Origin: the human T2T-CHM13v2.0 reference genome, Homo sapiens | DNA length: 64,000 nt | Assembly: GCF_009914755.1 (NCBI RefSeq) | Contig: NC_060931.1 | Strand: one strand, 5' to 3' | Shown here: piece after piece, positions 17,861-31,184 of the stretch | Layout: every line of letters begins with the position of its first letter | Numbering within the stretch: position 1 is the first letter of the stretch | The notes under the pieces: model-generated | What the model saw: only the letters and a program-made list of their open reading frames with translations | The model's database searches: none | Told to the model about the DNA's origin: nothing | Program-made: the position numbers and the translations under genes

Positions 17861-18274
17861 CAAAATTGAGACTGAGACAGTGAAAGAGATCCAACCCAAG
17901 CAACTCCATTTGGTTTCCAGCCCCCAAGCTGTCCTTGCCCATCCCAGGGGTAGGCCGAACAAACTTTCGGAGAAGCCGGGTTTACATTCTCCAGTCGAAA
18001 ACAAAGATGATAATAGCCACTTCCCATGATATACTTTCCACTTGCCTGGGGACCAGACCAGGAAGCTAGCTACAAGACTAGAAACCTTGGCCCAGGAGCC
18101 ATGCAGCTGGAGGCTACAAGATTTTGACCCTCCTTAAACTGCTCTCAAGATCAGGCTTAAGATATTTTGTAAACCCTGCCTCTGATGGATCAGCTGGTAC
18201 CATCCAGGTTGACTAACTGGATTATCTGATTTTGTGGCCCTCACCCAGGAACTGACTTAGCACAAGAAGACAGC
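17861..18274 (+). mobile_element. LTR8-like fragment embedded antisense in the ERV internal region
   Basis: gactgagacagtgaaagagatc...catgcagctggaggctacaagatt..gaccctcc...caggaactgact.agcacaagaagacagc matches recalled LTR8. Both termini missing. Confidence 0.75.
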
Positions 18275-20328
18275 CACCATTGTAAAATGGTGGAGACTAA
18301 AACAAAGTATTGCCACGCGGTTACAGATCGTGTTCCCAAGGACGTGAAACAAGATGGAGGCTGTAGCCAAGTTTGCCACCGACTGCTTTGCTGGGCTGGC
18401 TTGAACAGCAGGCTTACGGAGTCCTGGGCCTGCATCCTAACCTAAGGTACCCTTTCTTTGACAGAACCATACAGAAAGAGACATGCAAAGCACACCAGAT
18501 TGTTTATAACTGAAGACCAACCTCACAAATCCTTCTTCATTAATTATAAATTTACAGAGAATATAAACAATGATCCTTATTATCCCTTTGCCAGTTTGTG
18601 CCGGGAGAGAAAAGCCAAAAGCCCGACTGGTAAGAAATTTTTACACTTTTGCCAGCATATCAGGCTTCTGGGTTCCCTTTCCCCCTAGCTTAACTTTAAG
18701 CCAAGCATTTTAAGGTTTGGAAAATTAGCCTTTTTCAGGTTGGAAGAACATTATAAAAGAGACAGAAGCCATTTTAAACCGCGAAAGAAGGAAAAACACC
18801 ATAGAAAGGAATTCCAGTTAGGGTTTTCAAGAAGTATTGCCTCTCTTCCTATTGGGAATAGTGTTTCCTCTATTTCTTTGCCTTCCCTATTTTTTCTTTT
18901 CCCTTTTGGCGTACTGTAGGAGACATATTGCTTATCTCCAAAATTCTCTTCTGCTTGCAGAGCTGCCTGTTTTAGCTGCAGTGAGGGCTTGAGTTAGCAG
19001 CAACATAACATCCTCCCGTGTGAGGTTAAATACCTGAGTTAAATTTTGGAAAGTCTCTGTATACCTATTTCGGGTCATTAGAAAATCAGTCTAAGTCTCC
19101 TTTTACTTGCCTAAGGTCCTGCAATGAGCAGGGAACTTGAAGGTGCCCCAAATAAGGGGGACCCCTAGATGATTTCCCTGAAAGTTACTTTTTTTTTTAA
19201 TTTTGGGGAACTATTTTCCCTGGGCCTGCCCAATATGGTGCTAAAAGATCTGAGTTGATCTTACAACGCTTGCAGAGGTTTATTAGAAATGCCATGCTCT
19301 TCTGCAAAAGAAAATGAGTTGCTTTCTTTAAAGTTCTGAGGTTAAGGAAGTTCCAGTGTTTGAGAGTGCACTCCAGAGGGGTGCAAGCTGAAGATAATTT
19401 ATTACCCATTTAGAAAAAGAAGCGAGAATAAAAGCATTTTCTTAGTCTCCTTCCTTTCTGTATGACCCAGAGTGGAGGAGAAGACGGGGTATCCTCTGAA
19501 TGTCTTACCTTCCCAGTTTCTGGATTCCGGCACCTTCTTAAATGTGCTCCCCCATGGTTGTAGGCATGGTCCTCCAAGCTGTGGATCTGGATGAACTAAG
19601 TAATGGGGCTAACCACATCTACCCAAGCAGCCTTAGCTTATCCGCCTTGTGTGATTTCTCTTTGACTTCCTAGAACCAGTGTGATTTGCCTGGATCCCCC
19701 CTCCCCCAGCCAAAAAAAACATCTGGAGAGGCTGTCACCTTTCGGGCAAGGCTCCTTTAACGGAGGCAATGTGCTATAGATTGCCTGCTATTACGGCCCA
19801 TGCTATAAAGCACTTACCCTTGAAAGAAAACAGTTCCAGTTAACTTCCGAACTTAAACTTCCCTTACTAATTAAGTACTATCTTAATCGGAGACAGAATA
19901 GATGCCTTAAAAGAACGTAGGAATAGAATGGCCGTTTTCCCACTGATGGGACAATATCGGGACTAAAATCTGGCTGCCGAAGACATTTTACTGCTAACTT
20001 AAAAGCATAAACTTCCGTTCTCAGAAGAGTCCTAGAGCCTGATTTCTGCTAAGTGGCTTAGAAATGACCATGTGCTTCCCAGAGAAACCATAGAGAGAGA
20101 GAGTTATTGAGTACTGCCTGCTGTAATTCTCTTTCTTTTCTAACAGACCTCTTTTTCCTAAACTGTAAGTATTCCTGCACATTAGACACACACACACACA
20201 GGGTAAGAGATTGTGGATAAAAAGAGAAAATTTGGCGACAGGGTAGATGGAAGAGAGTATTGAGATTATAGGACAGATTTAAAGTTGAAATCCGCTGCAT
20301 ACTTACCAGTCTGATGAATGAACTTCCT

Positions 20329-20346
20329 TTACCGGCCAATGCACCA
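20329..20346 (-). other. ERV primer binding site complementary to tRNA-Gly
   Basis: Minus strand TGGTGCATTGGCCGGTAA vs complement of tRNA-Gly 3' end TGGTGCATTGGCCGGGAA (17/18), 3 nt from the U5 end (..ccattatca). Confidence 0.85.
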
Positions 20347-20576
20347 AAATGATAATGGTTCTGATGAGTGAAGGAACACCAGGGTTCTTGGTACTCATGC
20401 TGGCTTAGATAAAACGACATGGACACACATGGAGGGGTTTTAAGGAGCGGAGAGTTGAATAGGCCAGAAAGAAGAAAGAAGGTAGAAGGAAGAAGCTCCC
20501 CCATACAGAGCCGGGGAGCTGAGGGGGTGGGGGGGCTCCAAAGCTGAGAGAGGGAATTCCCCTACCTGCCCCCACC

Positions 20577-20704
20577 TTTTTTTTTTAAGAGACATGGTCT
20601 TGCTACATCACCCAGGCTGCAGTGTAGTGGTCATTCACAAGTGATCCTCCTGCCTCAGCCTCTTAAGTAGCTGAGACTACAGGCACATGCCACCTGCACC
20701 TGGC
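20577..20704 (-). mobile_element. Old Alu monomer (FLAM/FRAM-like)
   Basis: T10 then aagagacatggtcttgc..cccaggctg..cctcctgcctcagcctc..cacctggc. Confidence 0.8.
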
Positions 20705-20892
20705 AGTGGTTAAAATCTTAATGATTATGTGGGCACATGCTTTATTCGCTGATGGATTATTTCATTTTTATTCCTTTTTGTTTAATAAGATAGAAACTTC
20801 TTTAAAAGCTTTGAGAAAACTATTGAAAACTTAAGAGGTGTAGGCATGATTTGAAATACAACAGAAGCAGTTCTTTTGTTTTTATGTATTTC

Positions 20893-21042
20893 CTTAAAGA
20901 AGCAAAGTCTCACTCTGTTGCCCAGGCTGGAGTACAGTGGTACAATCATAGTTCATTGCAGCCTTGTCCTGAGCTCACGTGATACTCCCACCTTGGCCTC
21001 CTAAAATTCTGGGATTACAGGCATGAGCCACTATGCCTGGCC
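20893..21042 (-). mobile_element. Old Alu monomer (FRAM/AluJ-like)
   Basis: Single-arm Alu. Flanks cagaagcagtt / cagaaacagtt resemble a TSD. Confidence 0.8.
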
Positions 21043-22044
21043 CAGAAACAGTTTTGTTTGGTAAATCAGGCAGCATAGATACCGTTTGAGAAAAATCATT
21101 TCAATTGTAGCTCTCCCCTCCCTGCCGCAAAAAGCTAGATGGCTCTTGCAAGCTGAGCGGTATGTTAGATACTGGTGAGAGAAAGACACATGAGCCCATA
21201 GCTGCCATTTGCGGGGAGCTTTACTGATGAGTATATAGTAAAGGTGTAAATGAAGGAATAAGGAAAAATTTGATGGGATAGTATTATAGTTTGGCCGTGG
21301 GAGTTAGGAAAGGGGAGCAGTGGAAAGTGCTGAAACTAAGATAACCTTTAAAAGTTAGTTACAGGTCTGTGGAGTAGACAAAATCAGGCCAGGCACTCCA
21401 GTCATAAAGATTAAAATGGTCAGTCATCTGTATAAAAGGCCATGGAAGTCTTGGAGAAAGGCTCAGTGTAGGCTTAGGGATGGGGAATGTCAGAAATAAA
21501 ATGACAGAAAGGTGAACTAGAGCTAGACCCTGTGTACCAAGTTAAGCAGTTGGATTTAATTTTGTGGCATTGAAAAGTATTATATTTTTAAGACAGGACT
21601 GTTAGGTGAAGTCTCTATGGGGTTGTTTGCAGATAGTAGTAAAATTTATTGGCCCAACGAAAAATGAACAAATAATGGAAGGAGAAAAGTGTCATCAGAG
21701 TGGTTAAAATGGAGCAACGTAGAGATATTAGATTTGGGGGTGGGGGATGAATAAGGTGAGCTGCTTTGCCCCCTCATTACAAGCTAGTTCTTGTGTATTG
21801 CACTAGTGCCTCATAAAAAGAATCATAGCAACTCTGAGAGGTAAGATATTCTGTTTTGCCTTATTTTGCCTTCTGAGAGTTTACACTGAAACAGTAGAAG
21901 ATGTGCTAGTGACTATATCTTTGGCTCCTAGTACAATATTTAACATTTGGAAAGGTCCATTTGGTAGCACCTTCCAAAGATTACAGAAAACCTTGTAATT
22001 GGGTTTAAAATCAAATTGGTATACATCTCAAACCGTGTTTCTAT

Positions 22045-22360
<316 letters not shown>

Positions 22361-22424
22361 TCATAAAATACATGATTTGTGTTAACAGGTAGAAGGTTTA
22401 ACATTACTGTTTTGAATAGTTTAT

Positions 22425-22735
22425 ACATAGGCTTTTAGGGGAATGAAAATATTCTATGATACTATAATGACAGATATGTATCATTGTACATTTGTCCAAA
22501 CCCATAGAATGTACAACACCAAAAGTGAACCATAATGTAAACTGTAGACTTTGAATGATAATGATGTGTCAGTGTAGGTTTATCAGTTGAAACAAATGTA
22601 CCCTCTGGTGAGGAATGTTGATAACAGGAAGCTAGGCATATGTTGGGGCAGAGAGTATTGGGAAATCTCTGTTCTCCTTCCTCTCAGTTTTGTTGTGAAT
22701 CTAAAACTACTCTGAAAAAAATAAAGCCTTAAAAA
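22425..22735 (+). mobile_element. L1MC-type 3' end within a probable hAT-Charlie remnant (~21960-22860)
   Basis: catttgtccaaacccatagaatgtacaacacc...aaaactactct..aaaataaag typical of the L1MC 3' UTR. The host element assignment is less certain. Confidence 0.65.
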
Positions 22736-23733
22736 TTTTTCAGTTTTAATTTCTAATAAAAATCTAATCAATAGATAAAACCTACATAAATAAAAACTAT
22801 TTGGAGATTCTCACTAATTAAGAGTTTAAAGGGATCCTAAGATTACTTTTTGAGAGCTGCTCAAGAAATATATATTCATTAAACTCAATTTAGAAAAATA
22901 ATGTTAGTTGGCCCTTATCCAATTGAAATATTAGAAGCATTTTAAGTATTTTGGTTTATTTTCTTCTAGTCTTTTTTTAGTATCACTTTTTTTAAGCACA
23001 TAATTGTAATAACATTGTCTATAAAATTTTGTGTGGAATTGTATATGAAATTGTTGTATATAAAATATTTGTGTTCACTTATGTTCTAATATGTTTTCAT
23101 AATAAAATGTAATCTTCAACAATTTAGCAGTTGTATAATCTACTTAGTGGGTATATCTTAATTTACATAATTTTACCTTGTATTGATTCTGATTTGGGAT
23201 ATTAAATCTTTTTCATTTAGCACATCCTTGGAAGCTTATTATGTACAGGCACTGCTCATGAATGCTTTTTATTTTTTATTAAGATTTTCTTAGATTAAGA
23301 GTTGAGTGGCTGAGTAAAAAGAGGGGAATGTGCTAAAGAGAATCTTGTCTTTTGAGTTTTTTGTAGTAGCAGGCCATATAGCAAGCAATTAAAATTAATA
23401 GGAATTTACACAACTCTGTTAGCCAGCATAGGGTTGTGGAAAGTTATGGTAAATTAATTTAAAGCACTTAGAAGAATATCCTTTTCAATGAATAATTACT
23501 CAGTGTTAGCTATTTTTATTTGCTATATTATATTTTAGAGTTGAGTGTTCTTTTTAATTTGTAATTCAAATATACAGGTGACCAATTCTGAAACTTCTCC
23601 CAGTCCCCAGACCTGTATCTCCAACAGCTTGCTCAACATTTCTACATCAGTGTCCTACTGGTGCTTTAAAATATGGTATATGCTGAGCATTGATCTAAAC
23701 AAAATCTGTCATGTCTTTAAAGTATCTTTATTC

Positions 23734-24017
23734 TTTTTTTTTTGAGACGGAGTCTCACTCTGTCGCCAGGCTGGAGTGCAGTGGTGTGATCTCGGCTCAC
23801 TGCAACCAAGCTCCACCTCCTGGGTTCAAGAGATTCTTCTGCCTCAGCCTCCCAAATAGCTGGGACTACAGGCATGTGCCACCACGCCCAGCTGATTTTT
23901 GTATTTTTAGTAGAGATGGGGTTTCACCATGTTGGCCAGGATGGTCTTGATCTCTTGACCTTGTGATCTGCTGGCCTCGGCCTCCCAAAGTGCTGGGATT
24001 ACAGGTGCGCCCAGCCC
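23734..24017 (-). mobile_element. AluS (AluSc-like)
   Basis: tgtcgccaggc and ggatggtcttgatctcttg diagnostics; TSD aaagtatctttattc on both sides. Confidence 0.92.
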
Positions 24018-24029
24018 AAAAGTATCTTT

Positions 24030-24800
24030 ATTCTTCCCTCACACTTGTTGCATAGTTTGAGTATAAAATTCTAGGTTGAAAATTATTTTTCCTCAGAATT
24101 TCAAAGGATTTTCTCCACTGCTTTTTAGCTTTCAATGTTGTGCAAGTCCAGAACCACTTACTTTCTGGTCTCTTGTATGTGACCTTTTGTTCCTCTCTCT
24201 GAAAGTTTGCAGGATGGCTTTGACCCACGCGTCCTGAGGTTTCATGATATGTCTTTATGGGTCTGTTTTTATTTACTGTGCTGGGTATCATTGGATCCTT
24301 TCAGTGTGAAAATGAAAATGTCTTTGAAATATTGAGTTAATGATTTCCTCTTCTCTTTTATCTGGACCTCTAAAGTGATCTTTAGTTTTCACAGTTTTTT
24401 TTCTTATTTTCCATCACCTCGTCTTTCTTGTCTTTTAACTTTGCTTACTTTCAGGGAGATTTCTTTATCTGATTTACAGCTGTTCTATTTGAGGTTTTCA
24501 ATTTTCTTACATTTTAATTTTTAGGAGTCTTTTGTCTTCTGATTTTTAAAAACTGATACCTTGTTCTTCATGAATGCAATGGCATGGTATCTTTTCTCTC
24601 TCAAGATATTAATGGTGGTATGTTGTTTGTTTTTAAGTTTTCATCTCATTGCATAATCTCTACCAAATTCATTTAAATGTGACTGTTTGTCTTTTTCTTT
24701 CTTATCAGAGCCATTCCTTAAAATGTCTGGTGATTGATAACTGGTGTTGGTAATTTAGACTAGCTAATAAAAAGCGAATTGAAATGTCTGTACAAGTTGT
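24030..24800 (-). mobile_element. Ancient L1M ORF1 remnant
   Basis: ORF 24028-24291 contains QWRKSFEILRKNNFQPRILY, matching the L1 ORF1 C-terminal domain. Confidence 0.7.
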
Positions 24801-24932
24801 TGGGACTAATCACCAGTGGTTTTTAACTGTAGGATGATCCCACTGGAGTGATATATTGCTCAACCTCTTAGGAATTCCATAATGCAAATCCAAACAAAGT
24901 GGTTTTTAACTTTCTGTATCCAAAACTTAAAC

Positions 24933-25370
24933 TGTAGCAGATGATGCCAGTGCTCTCTCCATAGGCCTGTGTTTCCTTCCTGCTGTCAGACTCCTAGTGT
25001 CTGTTGATTCTCAACATCTAGCTCCTAAGGCTTGTTGCAAGGCCACCCTCACCATGCCAGAGCCTGTTTTGCCAATGTACATGCCGTGGAAGTGTCTGGA
25101 AAATTTGCTTCCTGAAGACAGCCCTTAACCAATGACTAATGATATGAGTAAACTCTGAGGTGTGACCTACGTTAACACCAGAACTACCCTGAGGGACTGA
25201 GCTAAAATTACCCTCTATGGGACCTTCCTTGGTGTCTTACCCTTGCTTAGCTTCCTTCCCTTCCTGTCCTGTTTCCCTACAAGGTTTTCCATAGAATACT
25301 TTCTAATAAATCACTTTGACACAAGCACCTCATCTTAGAGCTTACTGCCAAAAGACCCAACTTAACGATA
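24933..25370 (+). mobile_element. Old ERVL solo LTR (LTR33/LTR16-like)
   Basis: Starts tgtagcagatg; ends ctaataaatcactt..cacaag..cctcatct.aga..gacccaac.taa. Confidence 0.55.
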
Positions 25371-26288
25371 ACTACTACTAATTGCTCAGCATTCTCTTTA
25401 ATTGGAGTGAAATCAGACTGAAGTTTTCTATGCTGTTCTTTGGGTTCTGTTTGTCAGATAATGTCATCAAACTTTTATATTAAAGAATAATTGGTTAATT
25501 TCTGCTCCTTAATTTTCTGGAATGATTTATGTAGTCCAAAAATTATTTTTTTAAAGATTGAGAGACTTCGTCCAGGAAAGTCTGGACCTTTTTGAAGTCT
25601 GGCTCTTTGACAACATTTTATTTTTTCTATGGTTGTCTATTAGGTTGTGTATCTTGAGTCAGATTTGATAATTAGCTTTCTTTTAAATAGAAATGTGTGT
25701 TTCATTGAGGTTTTTATGTTTAATAGCTATTATACAAAGTGTTATTTTTTCATTTTTTCTGTGAACATGAATACTATTTGAATTCTGATTTGAACAAACC
25801 AACTGCGAAAAGACATTTTTGTGCTAATTGAGACAGTTTGATTACAGAAGACAGTTGTGGAAATTTGATTACAGACTGTGGGTTAGATGATTCCAAATAA
25901 TTATTGCTATTTTGTTAGGCATTTAGTAATGGCGTTATAGTTTTTAAGAAAATGTTGATATTTTCGGACAGGTATACAGAAGTATGTAGAAATGAGATGA
26001 CTTTATGTCTAAGATTTGCATTAAAATACTATAATCATTTGAAGAAAGAATAAAGTAAATATGCCAAATTTTGTATTATAATTCAATCTGTATGACAGGT
26101 ATGTGAGTTTTTTTTTGGTTTTATGCTTGTGTGAAGATTTTTGTAGTTAAGCTTTTTTTAAAAAAAAGTCAACTGAGTTACTTACGTGATGAAATTAGAA
26201 CACATACTTCTTACAAGCACATTCTCTCCTATCCCCCTCTCCATTTCAGTTGGCACCATAATGCCATTTTTGCCTAACCATAACATAA

Positions 26289-26669
<381 letters not shown>

Positions 26670-26799
26670 ACACACAGGTTCTTTAGTTTTATATGGGAAG
26701 AGATTGCATGTCTTTTGCCAAGCCTTTCATTGTATGATTTCTCCATTTGTGAGTTTTATGGGTTTCGTTTTTGTTTTTGTTTGTTTTTTATTATTTTGG

Positions 26800-28480
26800 C
26801 ATGTGTATCTTATATCCTGTGACCTTGCTGAATTTACTCTTTGTAGCATTTTTCTTTTCACAAAATCCTTGAGATTTCCTTCACAGTCACATTATCTACA
26901 AATCTGCAAATAGGGATGGTTTCATTTTTTCCATTACAATCTATATGCCTTTTCATTCTCTTTTTTATTTTTCTCCTTTATTATACTGGCTAGAATTTCC
27001 AGTACTATATTGAGTAAGAGTGATGAGAGTGGACATCCTTTCCTTGTTCATGATCTTAACGTGAAAACATTCAGTCTTTTACCATTAAGTGTACCATTAG
27101 CTGTTAGTTTTTGATACTTGTTCTTTATCAAGTTAAGGAAATTCCTTCTGTTTTTGTTTTTCTGAGAGTTATTTGTCCTGAATATTGGATTTTGTCAAGT
27201 ATTTTTTCTGCATCTTTTCATTTGTGTGAATTTTCCTTTTTAGTTGGTTAATAGGATGAATCGTGTTGATTTTTAAATGTTGAACCATCCTTACATACTC
27301 AGAATAAACTCTACTTGGTCATAATTCTTTTTACATAATGCTGAATTCTATTTACTAATACTTTGTGAAATACTAATACTTCATTAAGTATTAGTACTTA
27401 ACATGCTAATTCATACTTTTAAGTATTTTTGTTTCTGTATTTCTGAGAAGGGTAGTAGTCTGTAGTTTTTTTTGGTTTTTTTTTTGTACTGTCTTTGTTG
27501 GATTTTGGTATCAGGGTAATATGAACTTGATAAAATGAATTGGGAAGTGTTCTCTCCTACTTTTTGGAGGAGATTGTACAAATTGATGTTAAAACATTAA
27601 AAAATAATTTTTAGAACATCTGTTAGAATTCTCCAGTAAAACCATCTGGACCTGGAGATTTTTGTGGGGGTCAGGGGCGGGGGGTGAGGGGAGTTTTAAA
27701 ATTGTGAGTTCAGTTTCTATAAATAATTATATGGCTGTTCAAATAATCTATTTCATATTGAGTGAATTGTGATGGTTTATGCTTTTCAAGGAATTGGTCC
27801 ATTTCATCTAACTTGTCAAATTTATACGTGTAGAGTTGTTTGTAGTATTCCCTTATTATCCTTTGGTATCTGCAGGGTCAATAGAAATAACCCCTGTATT
27901 ATTCCTGCTATTGGTAGTTTGTGTCTCAATCTTTAGAGGCTGTCCATTTTATTAATCTTATCAAAGAACCAGCTCTTTTTTTTACATTTTAGGTTCAGGG
28001 GTACATATACAGGTTTGTTACAGAGGTGAATTGTGTGTCATGGGGGTTTGGTGTATTTAAGCATAGTGTATTTAAGTGTATTAAGTGTATTTAAGTGTAT
28101 TAAGCGTATTTAAGTGTATTAAGCATAGTGTATTTAACCAATAGATAGTTTTTCAGTCCTCACCCTCTTCCCTCCCTCCAGTCTTAGGTAGTTTCTGGTG
28201 TCTGTTATTCCCTTCTTTGTGTCCATATGTCCTCTGTGTTTAGTTACAAGTGAGAACTAATAAGGTTTTCTGTCCTGTGTTAGTTCACTTAAAATAATGC
28301 CTGTTTTAAATTTTATTAATTTCTGCTCTTTATTATTTTATTCCTTCTTGCTTTGGGTTTATTGTGCTCTTTTTGTTGAGTCTTGAGGTAGAAGCTTAAA
28401 TAATCAATTTATTTCTCTCTTTTTTAATGTAAACAGTTAGTGCTATAAGTTTTCCTCTTAGCACTGCTTTTGCTGTGCCG
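26800..28480 (-). mobile_element. L1M ORF2 remnant with a nested L1PA(15/16)-type 3' end at ~27975-28280
   Basis: L1 antisense ORF2 motifs (ttccagtactatattg, ttttggtatcagggtaat). The nested piece starts ttttaggttcaggggtacat..caggtttgttac. Confidence 0.75.
28051..28137. repeat. Short tandem array of gtgtatt(t)aa units
   Basis: About 8 units of 9-10 bp, two interrupted by gcata. Confidence 0.9.
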
Positions 28481-30444
28481 CTCTATTGTTTCCAAACTGT
28501 TTCTTTGCTATTTTTACTTCCCTGTGTCATTAGCAAAACTAAACTCCAGGAAAGCAGGGAAAGGTACTTGCTTTTTGCTTTTCCCAGTATATAGCATAGT
28601 GCTGTGTATTTGAAAATAATTTTTGAGCTTTAAAACTTAGATCTCAGCTTGGCAGCTTACATCTGCTTATAACCAGGAACTGGAAGAAACACAATACAAA
28701 TATTCCCTAAAATTAGAAGAAAACTATAGAGGGTTTATTGCAAGTAAAATTCTACTTAATAAATTTATTTTTGTTTGTTGAAAAGCATATGGAAAACACT
28801 GTATGGGTTAAGTCTTTAGCAGTGTGTTTTTTGTGTTTAAGAATTTATATAGAGAAACATTTGAGTTTTTTAATGGCAAAATTAAAGAGCAGAGGCATGA
28901 ATATTTAGTCTGAAACCAGTTCCAATCTCTCAGCAAACATTAACATCCTCCCAGTCCATTCTTAGAGCCCGTGGACTTTTCAATATCTTATTTGCACCTC
29001 AAGATTTATAAATAGAGCAAAAGCGGTTTCTTGTTGGACCTACTGATGACATAACCTTTTAAGTATTCCATTTAAAGATAATTTTAGAGAGAAAGGGAAA
29101 GGATATGGAAAGTTAATAGACAGCTATAGGTGCGAGAGTGGTGTGTGGAAAAACTAGTGAACTTTAAATGAAATGGGGGTGAAAATTCCAATTTACCATG
29201 TTGGCTGGCTGGTTTGGGTCCATTTAATTAACCTGTCTCATACTCAGTTTCTTCATCTGTAATATGAAAGGGATACTGCTATCGAGTTTTCAGGTTGCTG
29301 TGAGCATCAGAAAAAAACATAAAAATTTCTAACATGGTACCTCACATGTACTATATTTGTAAATGTAAGGTGTGTGACTGTAAGATTTATATCACTTTCA
29401 TAAGGAAAATCTTTTGGGAAAATATAAAGATGTATCAAAAATTATTTTAATATGGTTAGAAGAGGGAATATATTTTGAATACATAAATGCAGCAAATGAA
29501 TGCCATAATCCAGAGCAAAATTAGAAGTACCTGATTGTCACCTTGGCAAAATGTGGTATAAAGTGTTAAAATTTAAAAAAAAAAATAACTAGAATTTCAG
29601 GGCTTTATTGTGAATTACACTCACTGACTTCCCGAAAGCCTGAAAGGAAGAAGACGTGCGCTCATGGTAAAGGGCATTAAAATCTTGGTGAAAGAATATT
29701 CTTGAACTGGTGGAGTGGCTGAAAACCAAGCATAAGAGAAGAGGTTAAAGGCTGTATCCTCAGAATTCTCTGGCACCCATGTAAGAAGACCATGGAGTAA
29801 TATTTACAAAGTTCTTAGGGAGAAGAAAGTTTGTGCAATAGCAGACATTCTGAAGCCTGCAAGAATTTCAGATGTGGCACCGATTAGCGCCATTAAAAAA
29901 AACTGCTTGCTGAAACCCAGCTAACAAAAACATGATATTAATGAAAAACTCAAATTTAGAGGAGTTGTGATTAAAAAGGACTCTTGTTGAGCATGGAATC
30001 TAGTTTAATGTAGATCCAGGATTAAGCAGTCATGGAATTACAGTTCATAATTCATATAATGTAAACTATGTACATTTTTACCAAATAAAAGCAGTTAACA
30101 AAAATTGGTTGTGGCAGAGGGAGTGTGTGTGTATGTATATGTGTATATATATATTTGTACATGTGTGTATCCATGCTGATTTCCACATTTCACAGCAAGA
30201 AATCAATAGATAGTGCCTAAAATTGAGCTTATTTAATGAGCCCTCCAACTCCTTTCTGTTTTTTTGTAAACTTTTCTTAATTTTTAGAGGGATCCTTTAG
30301 AGGATGGGGGTCATATTACAGATGTCTAGGTGACATTCAGATTTTTTAGATTCCTTTATTTCCTATAAATTCAAATAAATCTAATATGTTAATTCTTTAA
30401 AAACGAGATGACTAATATAATTCCCATTCTGTAAAACTGTAGGG

Positions 30445-31184
<740 letters not shown>

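Larger units (their letters stand above)
13623..20561 (-). mobile_element. MER61-type class I ERV copy with mRNA (processed) structure: R-U5, PBS, decayed gag/env, PPT, U3-R, poly(A)
   Basis: U3-R at ~13644-14170 (minus start tgttgtaggagttattaagaaattattttaggcag). R-U5 at 20350-20561. R present at both ends. gag-like MGNKLSSACTPLECTLKHWN (19197-19409). env-tail-like HLEAINLQMVLQTDPHM..RGSLDQP (14276-14461). T tract 13623-13643. Confidence 0.85.

Noticed and set aside
14276-19409. Coding-competent ERV gag or env
   Set aside because: Only ~60-70 aa remnants survive, and no pol ORF is visible.
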